Source: Clostridia bacterium (lineage in GTDB: Bacteria > Bacillota > Clostridia > UMGS1883). From it: a stretch of DNA of 64,000 nucleotides. The translations under genes and the position numbers were made by a program. The notes under the pieces are model-generated. The model did no database searches. It was given only the letters and a program-made list of their open reading frames with translations, and was not told the origin of the DNA. The stretch spans positions 126,051-190,050 of the forward strand of contig JBJDXJ010000038.1 in the NCBI GenBank assembly GCA_051866635.1. The letters are read 5' to 3'. Of this stretch, positions 38,468 to 47,634 are shown piece after piece. Every line of letters starts with the position of its first letter. Within the stretch, counting starts at the first letter, position 1.

Positions 38468-38622
38468 ACTTTTTATGTTTAGTTTTCTTTGAAACCTAAC
38501 GTGTTTAAAACTGTTGTCGCATTTTCCCATTGTTATGGGAATGTTTTACGCATTTGAAATCGGTAGGATTTGTTTAGGAACAGCACAATGAAAATAAATG
38601 TAAAGATTTTTTCATTTTTCTG

Positions 38623-38651
38623 TTGACAAGATAAAAAATTGGTGCTACAAT
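38623..38651 (+). promoter_or_regulatory. Consensus promoter (TTGACA, 17-nt spacer, TGcTACAAT) driving the Met/Cys leader and metQNI
   Basis: TTGACA lies at 38623-38628, followed by a 17-nt spacer. The extended -10 is TGC-TACAAT at 38643-38651. Confidence 0.65.
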
Positions 38652-38699
38652 ACAACCAATCTAAACAGTAGGTAAATAATAAGAAAGGGGAGAGCGTGC

Positions 38700-38840
38700 A
38701 TGACAAGATTTTATAGAAACGGCACAATGATAATGATGTGTATGTGTATCTGTATGTGTTCTTGGTGTATGCATATGGCTTTTTTGTATATTTATACGAT
38801 ATGTTCTCCCTTTAGGATAAAACATTGTGTCACATTGTAA
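38700..38840 (+). CDS. 46-codon Met/Cys-rich leader peptide ORF (MTRFYRNGTMIMMCMCICMCSWCMHMAFLYIYTICSPFRIKHCVTL)
   Basis: I translated this by hand; it is not in the ORF track because it is under 60 aa. AAAGGGGAG lies 7 nt upstream of the ATG. The peptide has 8 Met and 7 Cys, and the core MIMMCMCICMCSWCMHM has 7 Met and 5 Cys in 17 residues. Confidence 0.5.
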   Translation: MTRFYRNGTMIMMCMCICMCSWCMHMAFLYIYTICSPFRIKHCVTL

Positions 38841-38860
38841 AAATGTGGAATAACGCTTTT

Positions 38861-38900
38861 AAACCGGGAAACTTATCGAAAGTTTTCCGGTTTATTATAT
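38861..38900 (+). terminator. Intrinsic terminator (candidate attenuator) between the leader ORF and metQ
   Basis: aaaccgggaaact-tatcgaa-agttttccggttt forms a stem of about 10 bp with one G-U pair, followed by the U-rich tract tttattatatt. Confidence 0.6.
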
Positions 38901-39030
38901 TAAGAGGTGAAAGGCATGAAATTGTATTTTGAAAAGCTCGTCAGAGCAAATTACAGGTTCGGGCGAATGTGACAGTAATATTTTAAGGAAAAAATATTAT
39001 AAATTTATAAATTAAAGGAGATTTACTGTC

Positions 39031-39885
39031 ATGAAAAAAATAACATCAACTATACTTAAATTATTACTTACACTTGCCATTGCAATTTCCTTTGCAGGTT
39101 GCGGAAAAAATTCAGACAAAATTACAATTGCAGTACCAAACGACACAACAAACGAAGCGAGAGCGTTGCTCCTTCTGGAGGATTTGGGCTACATAAAGCT
39201 TAAAGAAGGCGCCACTATTACAGCTACAATTCTTGATGTGGAAGAAAATCCCTATAACATAAACTTTAAAGAAGTAGAGGCCGCACAGCTTCCAAATACA
39301 CTTAAGGATGTTGACTATGCCGTAATAAATTCAAACTATGCCATTGAAGCAGGACTTAATCCCACGAAAGATGCTCTTGGTATTGAAGGTTCATCATCAT
39401 CTTACAGCAATATCCTTGCTGTAAAACAGGGAAACGAAAACACCGATATTGTGAAAGCTCTTGTTGCGGCTCTTGAAAGTGAAGACGTAACAAATTTCAT
39501 TAGAAATGAATATGATGGTGCAGTGGTATCTGTAGTTGATAATCCCACTGACGGTTATGACACATCTGTAGACTATGATTTATTGGCAGGAAAAACAGTT
39601 AAGGTTGCCGCATCGCCTACACCTCATGCGGAAATATTGTCAGTTGTGAAGAACATTCTGGCAAAGAAAGAAATTAATCTTGAAATTATCGAATTCACCG
39701 ACTATGTTCAGCCCAACAACGTGGTAGAAAGCGGCGAGGTTGACGCAAATTACTTCCAGCATGTGCCGTATCTTGATGATTTTAATAAGGAAAACGGAAC
39801 CCATATTGTATCTGTGGCGGCTATCCATGTGGAGCCTATCGGAATTTATGGGGGAAAACAAAAAGCCCTCGATGAAATAAAATAA
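39031..39885 (+). CDS. metQ: Methionine ABC transporter substrate-binding lipoprotein (NlpA/MetQ family)
   Basis: 284 aa with lipobox FAGCG. MetQ-like motifs: NDTTNEARALLLLE and NYFQHVPYL. Confidence 0.88.
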   Translation: MKKITSTILKLLLTLAIAISFAGCGKNSDKITIAVPNDTTNEARALLLLEDLGYIKLKEGATITATILDVEENPYNINFKEVEAAQLPNTLKDVDYAVINSNYAIEAGLNPTKDALGIEGSSSSYSNILAVKQGNENTDIVKALVAALESEDVTNFIRNEYDGAVVSVVDNPTDGYDTSVDYDLLAGKTVKVAASPTPHAEILSVVKNILAKKEINLEIIEFTDYVQPNNVVESGEVDANYFQHVPYLDDFNKENGTHIVSVAAIHVEPIGIYGGKQKALDEIK

Positions 39886-39899
39886 TACCGGAGATAAGT

Positions 39900-40913
39900 A
39901 TGATTGAAATAAAAAATGTATCCAAAACTTTTAACACCGCAGAAGGAAAGGTTGAGGCTTTAAAAAATGTGTCTCTGACCATTCCCGACGGAGATATCTT
40001 TGGAATTATAGGCATGAGTGGAGCCGGGAAAAGCACCCTTGTGCGGTGTATAAATATGCTGGAGCGACCGACTGAAGGCAGCTGTATAATAGACGGATGC
40101 GACATAGGGAAGCTGAATGAAAAAGAGCTTAGAAATGTTCGCCGCGAAATTACAATGATATTTCAGGGATTCAATCTTTTAATGCAGAAAAACTGTCTTA
40201 AAAATGTGTGCTTTCCCTTGGAATTGGCAGGTGTAAAAAAAGCAGAAGCCAAAAAGAGGGCACTTGAACTTTTGGAAATTGTAGGTCTTAGCGATAAAGC
40301 CAAGGCGTACCCCTCCGAGCTTTCAGGCGGTCAACAGCAGAGAGTTGCCATTGCACGTGCTCTTGCCACAAACCCAAAGGTTTTACTTTGTGATGAAGCT
40401 ACCAGTGCACTTGACCCTCAAACCACAAATTCAATTCTGGATTTAATCCGCAGTATTAACCAAAAGCTTGGTATTACGGTAATTATTATAACCCACCAGA
40501 TGAGCGTTGTGGAAAATATATGTAAGCATGTGGCTATTTTAGACGGGGGATGTGTTGTGGAGCAAGGTGAGGTTACAGAGGTTTTTACACACCCCAAATC
40601 AAAGGCGGCACAAAGTCTTGTTTTCCCTGAGGGAGATATAAATTCCACTTTGGTGAAAAATCCGGGCGAAAGGTTTATCCGTGTTGTTTTTAGCGGAACT
40701 GATGCAACCGGGACACCGCTTATTGCCCATATGGCAACAAAAAAAGGCATAGAGGCAAATATTGCTTATGCTTCAACAAAAAGCATTAACGGAAAGGCTT
40801 ACGGGTCTATGCTGTTGGGCATTTCGGGAGATGACAGCAAGGTAAATGAGGCGATTGATTATTTAACCAAAGCTTCCGGAGTTATTGCAGAGGAGGTGCA
40901 AAAGGATGAATAA
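39900..40913 (+). CDS. metN: Methionine ABC transporter ATP-binding protein
   Basis: 337 aa. Walker A GMSGAGKST, signature LSGGQQQR and an NIL-type C-terminal domain. Confidence 0.9.
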   Translation: MIEIKNVSKTFNTAEGKVEALKNVSLTIPDGDIFGIIGMSGAGKSTLVRCINMLERPTEGSCIIDGCDIGKLNEKELRNVRREITMIFQGFNLLMQKNCLKNVCFPLELAGVKKAEAKKRALELLEIVGLSDKAKAYPSELSGGQQQRVAIARALATNPKVLLCDEATSALDPQTTNSILDLIRSINQKLGITVIIITHQMSVVENICKHVAILDGGCVVEQGEVTEVFTHPKSKAAQSLVFPEGDINSTLVKNPGERFIRVVFSGTDATGTPLIAHMATKKGIEANIAYASTKSINGKAYGSMLLGISGDDSKVNEAIDYLTKASGVIAEEVQKDE

Positions 40914-41619
40914 CGGTATTTTCTCTGCTGAAGTATTGGCAGAAACATGGCAGATTTTAAAGATGCAGTTTCCCCTTGCAATATGGGAGACAGTTTATGT
41001 AACTGTTCTGGCAACTTTATTTGCTGTTATCATTGGGCTTCCCTTGGGCATTTTACTTGTTGTAGGCGAGAAAAAGGGCGTTTTGCCCCTTCCTTCTTGG
41101 ATTATGCAAGCTTTGAATGCTATTATAAACCTCTTAAGGTCTGTTCCGTTTCTAATTTTGATGATTTTGGTTTTTCCCCTTACCAGGCTAATTGTGGGAA
41201 CGGTTGTGGGTACCGTGGCATCTATTGTCCCCCTTGTTATAGCGGCATTTCCATTTGTGGCGAGACTTGCGGAAAGCAGTTTAAGAGAGGTTAACCCCAA
41301 CACCATCGAAATGGCACAAAGCATGGGTGCATCACCGTTACAGATTATTGTAAAAGTAATGATACCTGAGAGTATGCCCTCACTTATATCAAACGGTGCA
41401 ATTGCAATTACCACCATTTTGGGCTACAGTGCAATGAGTGGTATCATAGGCGGCGGTGGACTTGGAAAAATTGCCATAAACTACGGTTATTACAGATATA
41501 AATATCTGATTATGCTCATAGCGGTTGCTTTGCTGATTGTTATTGTACAGATATTCCAGAGCATAGGAACCTCTCTGGCGGCAAAGTCAGATAAGAGACT
41601 GAAAAACAAATCGACATAA
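40906..41619 (+). CDS. metI: Methionine ABC transporter permease
   Basis: The ORF runs 40885..41619. The likely start is ATG 40906, which overlaps the metN stop. MetI-like motifs: RSVPFLILM and EAAQSMGASP-like (EMAQSMGASPLQ). Confidence 0.88.
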   Translation: MNNGIFSAEVLAETWQILKMQFPLAIWETVYVTVLATLFAVIIGLPLGILLVVGEKKGVLPLPSWIMQALNAIINLLRSVPFLILMILVFPLTRLIVGTVVGTVASIVPLVIAAFPFVARLAESSLREVNPNTIEMAQSMGASPLQIIVKVMIPESMPSLISNGAIAITTILGYSAMSGIIGGGGLGKIAINYGYYRYKYLIMLIAVALLIVIVQIFQSIGTSLAAKSDKRLKNKST

Positions 41620-41637
41620 GGAGATGCTTAGGAAGGT

Positions 41638-42303
41638 ATGCAGCTGAATTTGGATTTTTGCATGAAGTATTTACCCTTGTATATTGACGGGGCAAAATTG
41701 ACTGTGCGGATTGCTTTTTTTGGAATTGCCATAGCTTTGGTTATAGGTATAATTTGTGCCATAGCGAAATATTACCGTGTACCTGCTTTGGAAAAAGTTA
41801 TTTCTGTCTATATTGAGTTAAGCCGCAACACACCCCTTCTGGTTCAGCTGTTCTTTTTATACTTTGGTCTTCCGAAAGCCGGGATTTGTTTAAGTGCGGA
41901 AACCTGTGCCGTGGTGGGGTTGGCATTTTTAGGCGGCAGTTATATGGCAGAGAGTGTAAGAAGCGGATTGGAGTCTGTTGACAAAGTACAGCTTGAATCG
42001 GCACAAAGTCTTGGATTGTCACCTTATCTTACAATGAAAGAAGTAATTCTCCCTCAGGCGTTGGCTGTATCTGTTCCCGGCATATGTGCAAATGTGATTT
42101 TTTTAATTAAGGAAACCTCGGTTGTAAGTGCAATTGCCCTTGCAGACCTTATGTATGTGACAAAAGATTTAATCGGCTTATATTATGAAACAGACGAAGC
42201 TTTAATTATGCTTGTTATTTTTTACCTGATTATTCTTCTGCCTGTTTCGGCTATAGCCTTGCTTTTGGAGAGGAGGTTTAGGTATGCCGGATTTGGGCAT
42301 TAA
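41638..42303 (+). CDS. Polar amino-acid ABC transporter permease (HEQRo family)
   Basis: 221 aa. Motifs: ELSRNTPLLVQLFFLYFGLP and ESAQSLGLS. Confidence 0.85.
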   Translation: MQLNLDFCMKYLPLYIDGAKLTVRIAFFGIAIALVIGIICAIAKYYRVPALEKVISVYIELSRNTPLLVQLFFLYFGLPKAGICLSAETCAVVGLAFLGGSYMAESVRSGLESVDKVQLESAQSLGLSPYLTMKEVILPQALAVSVPGICANVIFLIKETSVVSAIALADLMYVTKDLIGLYYETDEALIMLVIFYLIILLPVSAIALLLERRFRYAGFGH

Positions 42304-42958
42304 TGTAATTTTCATGGGAAATAATTTTTTGAGGTTACTGGGCGGACTTTGGGTAACTGTGAAAATAAGCCTTCTGGCTGTTATTATATCTGTTCCTTTA
42401 GGCATACTTTTTGGAATGTTTATGACACTTAAAAACCCGCTTTGCAAAGCTGTAAGCAGATTTTATCTGGAGTTTATACGCATTATGCCACAACTTGTTT
42501 TACTCTTTATAGCCTATTTTGGTGTTACGAGGGCATTTGGAATAAACCTTTCAGCAGAATTCAGTGCAATTTTAGTGTTTACCCTTTGGGGAACGGCTGA
42601 AATGGGAGATTTGGTACGCGGTGCCCTTATAAGCATACCAAAGCACCAATATGACAGTGCTTTTGCCCTTGGTATGACTTCGGTGCAGACATTTGTATAT
42701 ATAGTTATTCCTCAGACAATAAGGCGTCTTATTCCCCTTACCATTAACCTTACAACAAGAATGATTAAAACAACGAGCCTTGTTGTTTTGATAGGTATAA
42801 CGGAGGTTTTAAAGGTGGGAAAGCAGATTATAGACGCAAATCGTTTTGAATACCCTACAGCGGTATTGTGGGTATACGGCGTGATATTTCTTTTATATTT
42901 TCTTGCCTGTTGGCCCATTTCTGTTCTGGCAAAGAAATTGGAAAAAATCTGGGGGTGA
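42284..42958 (+). CDS. Polar amino-acid ABC transporter permease, second subunit
   Basis: 224 aa. Motifs: EFIRIMPQLVLLF and DSAFALGMT. Confidence 0.85.
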   Translation: MPDLGINVIFMGNNFLRLLGGLWVTVKISLLAVIISVPLGILFGMFMTLKNPLCKAVSRFYLEFIRIMPQLVLLFIAYFGVTRAFGINLSAEFSAILVFTLWGTAEMGDLVRGALISIPKHQYDSAFALGMTSVQTFVYIVIPQTIRRLIPLTINLTTRMIKTTSLVVLIGITEVLKVGKQIIDANRFEYPTAVLWVYGVIFLLYFLACWPISVLAKKLEKIWG

Positions 42959-42964
42959 TTGTAG

Positions 42965-43729
42965 GTGGAGAATAAAATTCAGCTTAAAATAACAAACCTT
43001 ATTAAACGCTTTGGTGAAGAAACAGTCCTTGACGGCATTGATTTAACTGTTCATAAAGGTGAAGTTGTGGTTGTTTTAGGCCCGTCGGGCTGTGGCAAAA
43101 GCACACTTTTACGCTGTATAAACGGCTTAGAGAAATTAAGCGAGGGGGAAATCTTTCTGGGCGGTGAAAAGGTTAATGCAGAAAGCAAAGAAATAACAAG
43201 ACTCAGACAAAAAATAGGCATGGTTTTTCAAAGCTACGAGTTATTTCCCCATAAAAATATTATGGATAACATAACATTGGCACCTATAAAGGTCCAGAAA
43301 CGCTCACGTGCAGATGCGGAAAAAGAGGCGGAAATCCTTTTAAAGCGGGTGGGTTTATGGGAAAAGAGAAAAGCCTATCCAAGAGAATTGTCAGGGGGAC
43401 AAAAACAGCGTGCGGCAATTGTAAGGGCACTTTGTATGAACCCTGAGGTTATGCTCTTTGATGAAGTGACAGCCGCCCTTGACCCGGCAATGGTACATGA
43501 GGTTTTAGAGGTTATGATAGAGCTGGCAAAAAAGGGTATGACAATGGTAATTGTAACCCATGAAATGCAGTTTGCAAGGGCCATTGCTGACAGAATTGTT
43601 TTTCTGGAAAACGGAAAAATTGCCGAAGAAGCAGACCCTGAAGAATTTTTTACAAACCCGAAAACAGAGCTTGCAAAGGATTTTCTCTATACCTTTGCAT
43701 ATGAAAACCGCAGAATTAATAAGAATTAA
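42965..43729 (+). CDS. Polar amino-acid ABC transporter ATP-binding protein
   Basis: 254 aa with a GTG start. Walker [10 protein letters not shown], signature LSGGQKQR and Walker [12 protein letters not shown]. Confidence 0.9.
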   Translation: MENKIQLKITNLIKRFGEETVLDGIDLTVHKGEVVVVLGPSGCGKSTLLRCINGLEKLSEGEIFLGGEKVNAESKEITRLRQKIGMVFQSYELFPHKNIMDNITLAPIKVQKRSRADAEKEAEILLKRVGLWEKRKAYPRELSGGQKQRAAIVRALCMNPEVMLFDEVTAALDPAMVHEVLEVMIELAKKGMTMVIVTHEMQFARAIADRIVFLENGKIAEEADPEEFFTNPKTELAKDFLYTFAYENRRINKN

Positions 43730-43758
43730 TACTAATCTTAAGAAAGAAGGAATTTTTT

Positions 43759-44616
43759 ATGAAAACGAGAAAGGGTATTATAGGATTAATTGCCTTAGCA
43801 CTGACTGCCATAGTTTTAATATTCACTATTTCAGGGTGCGGAAAAAATGAGAAAAGTGCAGCTTCTTTTCGTTCTGTTGATGAAATTAAAGAAAGCGGAA
43901 AAATTGTAATTGGCGTATTCAGCGATAAAGCACCCTTCGGCTACGTTGATGAAAACGGAAAGTATCAGGGATATGATATTTATTTTGCAGAACGCATTGC
44001 AAAGGATTTGGGAGTTAGGGTTGAATATGTTTCCACAGACCCTGCCAGCCGTGTTGAATATGTGGCAACAGGTAAGGTTGATATCATCCTTGCAAACTTT
44101 ACCGTAACGGAGGAGAGAGCAAAGCAAGTGGATTTTGCCCTTCCTTACATGAAGGTAATGCTTGGTGTCGTTTCTCCTGAGGACAATATTGTCAGAAATG
44201 TAAATGACCTTGTGGGCAAGAAACTTATTGTTGTTAAGGGTACAACGGCTGAAACATATTTTGAAAAAAATCACCCGGAGATAGAGCTTCAGAAATATGA
44301 CGAATATGCAGATGCTTACAACGCACTTCTTGACGGACGAGGAGACGCATTCTCAACAGATAATACAGAGGTGCTTGCGTGGGCACTTTCAAATCCCGGC
44401 TTTACTGTAGGCATTGATGCACTTGGCAACGCCGATACAATTGCACCTGCTGTCCAAAAGGGAAATACAACACTTCTTGAATGGATAAATGCCGAAATTG
44501 AAAGGCTTGGTGAAGAAAATTTCTTCCACGAAGACTATGAAGAAACCTTAAAACCCGTATACGGCGATGCGGCAGACCCCGAAGCTTTGGTTGTAGAAGG
44601 CGGAAATGTAGATTAA
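43759..44616 (+). CDS. Family-3 solute-binding lipoprotein for the amino-acid ABC transporter
   Basis: 285 aa with lipobox ISGCG. SBP_bac_3-like motifs: GVFSDKAPFGYVDENG and DIILANFTVTEER. Confidence 0.85.
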   Translation: MKTRKGIIGLIALALTAIVLIFTISGCGKNEKSAASFRSVDEIKESGKIVIGVFSDKAPFGYVDENGKYQGYDIYFAERIAKDLGVRVEYVSTDPASRVEYVATGKVDIILANFTVTEERAKQVDFALPYMKVMLGVVSPEDNIVRNVNDLVGKKLIVVKGTTAETYFEKNHPEIELQKYDEYADAYNALLDGRGDAFSTDNTEVLAWALSNPGFTVGIDALGNADTIAPAVQKGNTTLLEWINAEIERLGEENFFHEDYEETLKPVYGDAADPEALVVEGGNVD

Positions 44617-44619
44617 AAT

Positions 44620-44655
44620 AAAAGACTCCTGTGCAAAAATTGCACGGGAGTTTTT
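44620..44655 (+). terminator. Rho-independent terminator ending the seven-gene uptake operon
   Basis: aaaagactcctgtgca-aaaat-tgcacgggagttttt. Confidence 0.8.
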
Positions 44656-44681
44656 GTGGAATTTAAATGGAGGACAAGACA

Positions 44682-45599
44682 ATGACCGTTCGTGAAGTTC
44701 AGGAGGAAATTCTGAGAATAAAGAAGGAAAAAAATATTTGTATTCTTGCCCATGCGTATCAAAGTCAGGATATATGGGATGTTGCCGATTATGTGGGGGA
44801 TTCCTTTGGGTTAAGCCAACAAGCGGCTTTGACAAAAGCTTCGGTGGTTATTATGTGCGGTGTGCGGTTTATGGCAGAAACAGTGAAAATTCTATCCCCT
44901 GAAAAGAAGGTTATTCTGGCAAATGGCACAGCAGGCTGTCCTATGGCAGAGCAGATGGACACAGATTTGATTTTACAGCTTAAACAAAGCTTCCCCGACT
45001 ACACGGTGGTAGGGTATATAAATACAACCGCAGAGCTGAAAACAATATGCGATGTTTGTGTAACAAGTTCATCTGCACTTAAGATTATAAAAAACATTGA
45101 AAACGATAAAATACTTTTTATACCTGACTGCAATTTAGGGCATTGGATTTCAAAACAAGTCCCCGAAAAAACAATAAAGCTTATAAGCGGTGGATGTCCA
45201 ACCCATTTAAGAATTACAAAACATGATGTGGAAAAGGCACGAAATCTTTATCCTAAAGCACTTATGCTTGTGCATCCGGAATGTCACCCTACTGTTGTTG
45301 AAAAGGCGGATTTTGTGGGCAGTACAACGGAAATAACAGACTTTGCGGTAAACAGCCTTGGCACGGAATTTATTATCGGCACAGAAAACAGTATTGTGGA
45401 GCATTTGCAGTTTTTGTGCGAGGACAAGAAGTTTGTGCCCTTGTCTAAGGACTGTGTATGCCACAATATGAAAGCCACAACACTGGTGGATGTATATAAT
45501 TCTGTTAAAGGCTTAGGTGGCGAAGAAATAAATCTTTCGGAGGATGTTATCAGCAAGGCAGTTAGGTGTATAGATGAAATGATGAGGTTGGGAAAATGA
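44682..45599 (+). CDS. nadA: Quinolinate synthase
   Basis: The ORF runs 44667..45599. The likely start is ATG 44682, with GGAGGA 7 nt upstream. Motifs: ILAHAYQ, VRFMAET and CPMA / CPTH / CHNM cluster cysteines. Confidence 0.9.
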   Translation: MTVREVQEEILRIKKEKNICILAHAYQSQDIWDVADYVGDSFGLSQQAALTKASVVIMCGVRFMAETVKILSPEKKVILANGTAGCPMAEQMDTDLILQLKQSFPDYTVVGYINTTAELKTICDVCVTSSSALKIIKNIENDKILFIPDCNLGHWISKQVPEKTIKLISGGCPTHLRITKHDVEKARNLYPKALMLVHPECHPTVVEKADFVGSTTEITDFAVNSLGTEFIIGTENSIVEHLQFLCEDKKFVPLSKDCVCHNMKATTLVDVYNSVKGLGGEEINLSEDVISKAVRCIDEMMRLGK

Positions 45600-46666
45600 G
45601 TAAAGCTTTGATTGCAATGAGTGGAGGAGTGGACTCCAGTGTTGCATCTTGCCTGATGGCAGAAAAAGGGTTTGATTGTATGGGCGTGACAATGAAACTG
45701 TTTCACAATGAGGATATAGGTCTGTCAAGGGAACATAGTTGCTGTTCTTTGGAGGATGTGGAAGACGCAAGAAGTGTGGCATATAGCTTGGGCATGCCAT
45801 ATTATGTCTTTAACTTTACCAATCGCTTTCGTGAATGTGTAATAGATAAATTTGTACAGGCATATGAAAACGGTATTACGCCAAATCCCTGTATCGACTG
45901 TAACAGATATCTGAAATTTGACAAGCTTTTTTGGCGTATGAAGGAGCTTGATTATGATTATGTTGTAACAGGTCATTATGCCCGTATTGAATATGATTCT
46001 GCTACGGACAGGTATTTGTTAAAGAAGGCCATTGACAATGATAAAGACCAAAGCTATGTGCTTTATACAATGACACAGGAACAGTTAAAACATACTTTGT
46101 TCCCTCTCGGAGAATTGACAAAGCCAAAGGTTCGGGAAATAGCAAAAAAACACAGATTTATCAATGCCGATAAGCGCGACAGCCAGGATATTTGTTTTGT
46201 GACAAATGGAAAATACACTGATTTTATAAAACAATATACTTCAAAAGATTATCCCGAAGGTGACTTTGTGGATATGAACGGGAAAATTTTAGGTACGCAT
46301 AAAGGGATAATCCATTATACAATCGGACAACGCAAAGGATTGAATATTTCAGCCGGCGTTCCTCTGTATGTTTGTGACATCAACGCAAAAGAGAACAAAG
46401 TCATACTTGGCACAGAAAATGAACTGTATCGAAAAGAACTTGTTGCAAAAGATATAAATATGATTTCTGTTCCTTGTATAGAAAAGCCTGTAAGACTGCA
46501 AGTAAAAGTGCGTTACCGCCATCCTATGCAGTGGGCGACTGTGACACAAATGGATAGCGATGTTTTAAAAATTGAATTTGATGAACCTCAAAAGGCTATT
46601 ACAAAAGGGCAATCTGTTGTTCTGTACGATAACGACATTGTCGTTGGCGGTGGAATAATACAGTAA
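45596..46666 (+). CDS. mnmA: tRNA 2-thiouridine(34) synthase
   Basis: 356 aa. Motifs: MSGGVDSSVA, NPCIDCN, DQSY, SQDICF. Confidence 0.92.
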   Translation: MSKALIAMSGGVDSSVASCLMAEKGFDCMGVTMKLFHNEDIGLSREHSCCSLEDVEDARSVAYSLGMPYYVFNFTNRFRECVIDKFVQAYENGITPNPCIDCNRYLKFDKLFWRMKELDYDYVVTGHYARIEYDSATDRYLLKKAIDNDKDQSYVLYTMTQEQLKHTLFPLGELTKPKVREIAKKHRFINADKRDSQDICFVTNGKYTDFIKQYTSKDYPEGDFVDMNGKILGTHKGIIHYTIGQRKGLNISAGVPLYVCDINAKENKVILGTENELYRKELVAKDINMISVPCIEKPVRLQVKVRYRHPMQWATVTQMDSDVLKIEFDEPQKAITKGQSVVLYDNDIVVGGGIIQ

Positions 46667-46770
46667 GCTTTAACCTGCCTGAAATGGGATAATACTAAAC
46701 AGAGATTGCTTTTTCTATGTGGCAGATGTGCCGGGAAAGATGATTGAAAGCGATTGGGTATAACGGTTGA

Positions 46771-46897
46771 AAAAAGGCAGTACAACACTTCTGGAATGGC
46801 TAAATGACGAAATTGACCGTTCATGAAGTTCATAAGAAATTCTGAGAATAAAGAAGGAAAAAATATTTATATTCTTGCCCATGCTTATCAAAGCAAG
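46771..46897 (+). pseudogene. Recombination scar: a diverged copy of the SBP 3' end fused directly to a diverged copy of the nadA 5' end
   Basis: 46771-46816 resembles 44455-44508 (TTLLEW.N.EI). 46817-46897 resembles 44684-44768 (gaccgttc.tgaagttca...attctgagaataaagaaggaaaaa.atattt.tattcttgcccatgc.tatcaaag). It has no intact frame. Confidence 0.75.
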
Positions 46898-47547
46898 GTA
46901 AATTTGTTTTTTTCAAACCTGATAAAACCTTCATCACGCATTTTGCACAGCTCTTTTGACATTGCACTTCTATCTACGGACAAAAAATCCGCAAGCTGCT
47001 GGCGGTTGAAGGGAATAGTAAAACTATTGCTTTTTTGTCTGTTTGCTTCTTCGGAAAGGTAAGATATAAGTTTTTCTCTTGTTGAACGTTTTGACATATG
47101 CCCCAGCTTTCTTACCAGTTTTCTGTTTTTTTCGGATATTTCAAAAAACAGATTTTGTACAACTGCGGAATGAAATCTGCAAGCGGATGGACAGGTTGTC
47201 AATATTTTATTAATATCAAGGAAAAGCACTGTACAGTCATCAGATGCAATAACATCATTTAAAAGTGTGCAGCTTTCAGCTGCGGCGTACGCTTCGCCGA
47301 ACAGCTCGCCTGCACCTACAATATTTATAATACTTAAATTACCCCAGTAATCCTCTCTTTGAATTAGAAGAGAGCCTTCCGCCAAAAGGGTGATATGGCT
47401 TATATGGTCGCCTTGCCTGAACACATATTCACCTTTCTTATAATGGCACATCTTTGCTCCGAGGCAGTTCAGCATTGTCAGGATTTCATCTTCACTTATT
47501 CCTAAAAACAGTTTTGTATGTTTTAATATTGGGATATATTTTTTCAT
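46888..47547 (-). CDS. Crp/Fnr-family transcriptional regulator
   Basis: The ORF runs 46888..47574. The likely start is the Met of MKKYIPILK. It has a cNMP-binding fold (GELFGEAYA) and a C-terminal HTH (TIPFNRQQLADFLSVDRSAMSKEL). Confidence 0.85.
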   Translation of the reverse strand: MKKYIPILKHTKLFLGISEDEILTMLNCLGAKMCHYKKGEYVFRQGDHISHITLLAEGSLLIQREDYWGNLSIINIVGAGELFGEAYAAAESCTLLNDVIASDDCTVLFLDINKILTTCPSACRFHSAVVQNLFFEISEKNRKLVRKLGHMSKRSTREKLISYLSEEANRQKSNSFTIPFNRQQLADFLSVDRSAMSKELCKMRDEGFIRFEKNKFTLL

Positions 47548-47634
47548 AAAGACCTCATTTCGTTGCAAAAACAACAGACTTGTTTTATTTATTGTAATAT
47601 AATTGTGTCATAAAAACAACAGGAGGACACAAAA

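Noticed and set aside
38533-38727. A 64-aa minus-strand ORF.
   Set aside because: It overlaps the consensus plus-strand promoter and the leader ORF start, has no RBS, and is a hydrophobic AT-rich shadow ORF.
38735-38760. The TG-rich stretch (tgtatgtgtatctgtatgtgt) might be a simple microsatellite rather than coding sequence.
   Set aside because: It is not a clean repeat unit. It lies in frame inside an ORF with a well-spaced Shine-Dalgarno sequence, a consensus promoter and a downstream terminator. The low-complexity explanation remains the main alternative to the leader-peptide reading.
38916-38972. A second mini-ORF (MKLYFEKLVRANYRFGRM) with an AAGAGGTGA RBS, between the terminator and metQ.
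   Set aside because: It has no compositional bias or other feature suggesting function. I cannot tell it apart from a chance ORF in AT-rich sequence.
38470-39030. A SAM-I (S-box) riboswitch or Met T-box upstream of metQ.
   Set aside because: I looked for the T-box consensus (AATTAGGGTGGTACCGCG-like) and the SAM-I core (GAGGGA...GCAACC-type junctions) and found neither. This was done by eye only, so an Infernal scan should confirm it.
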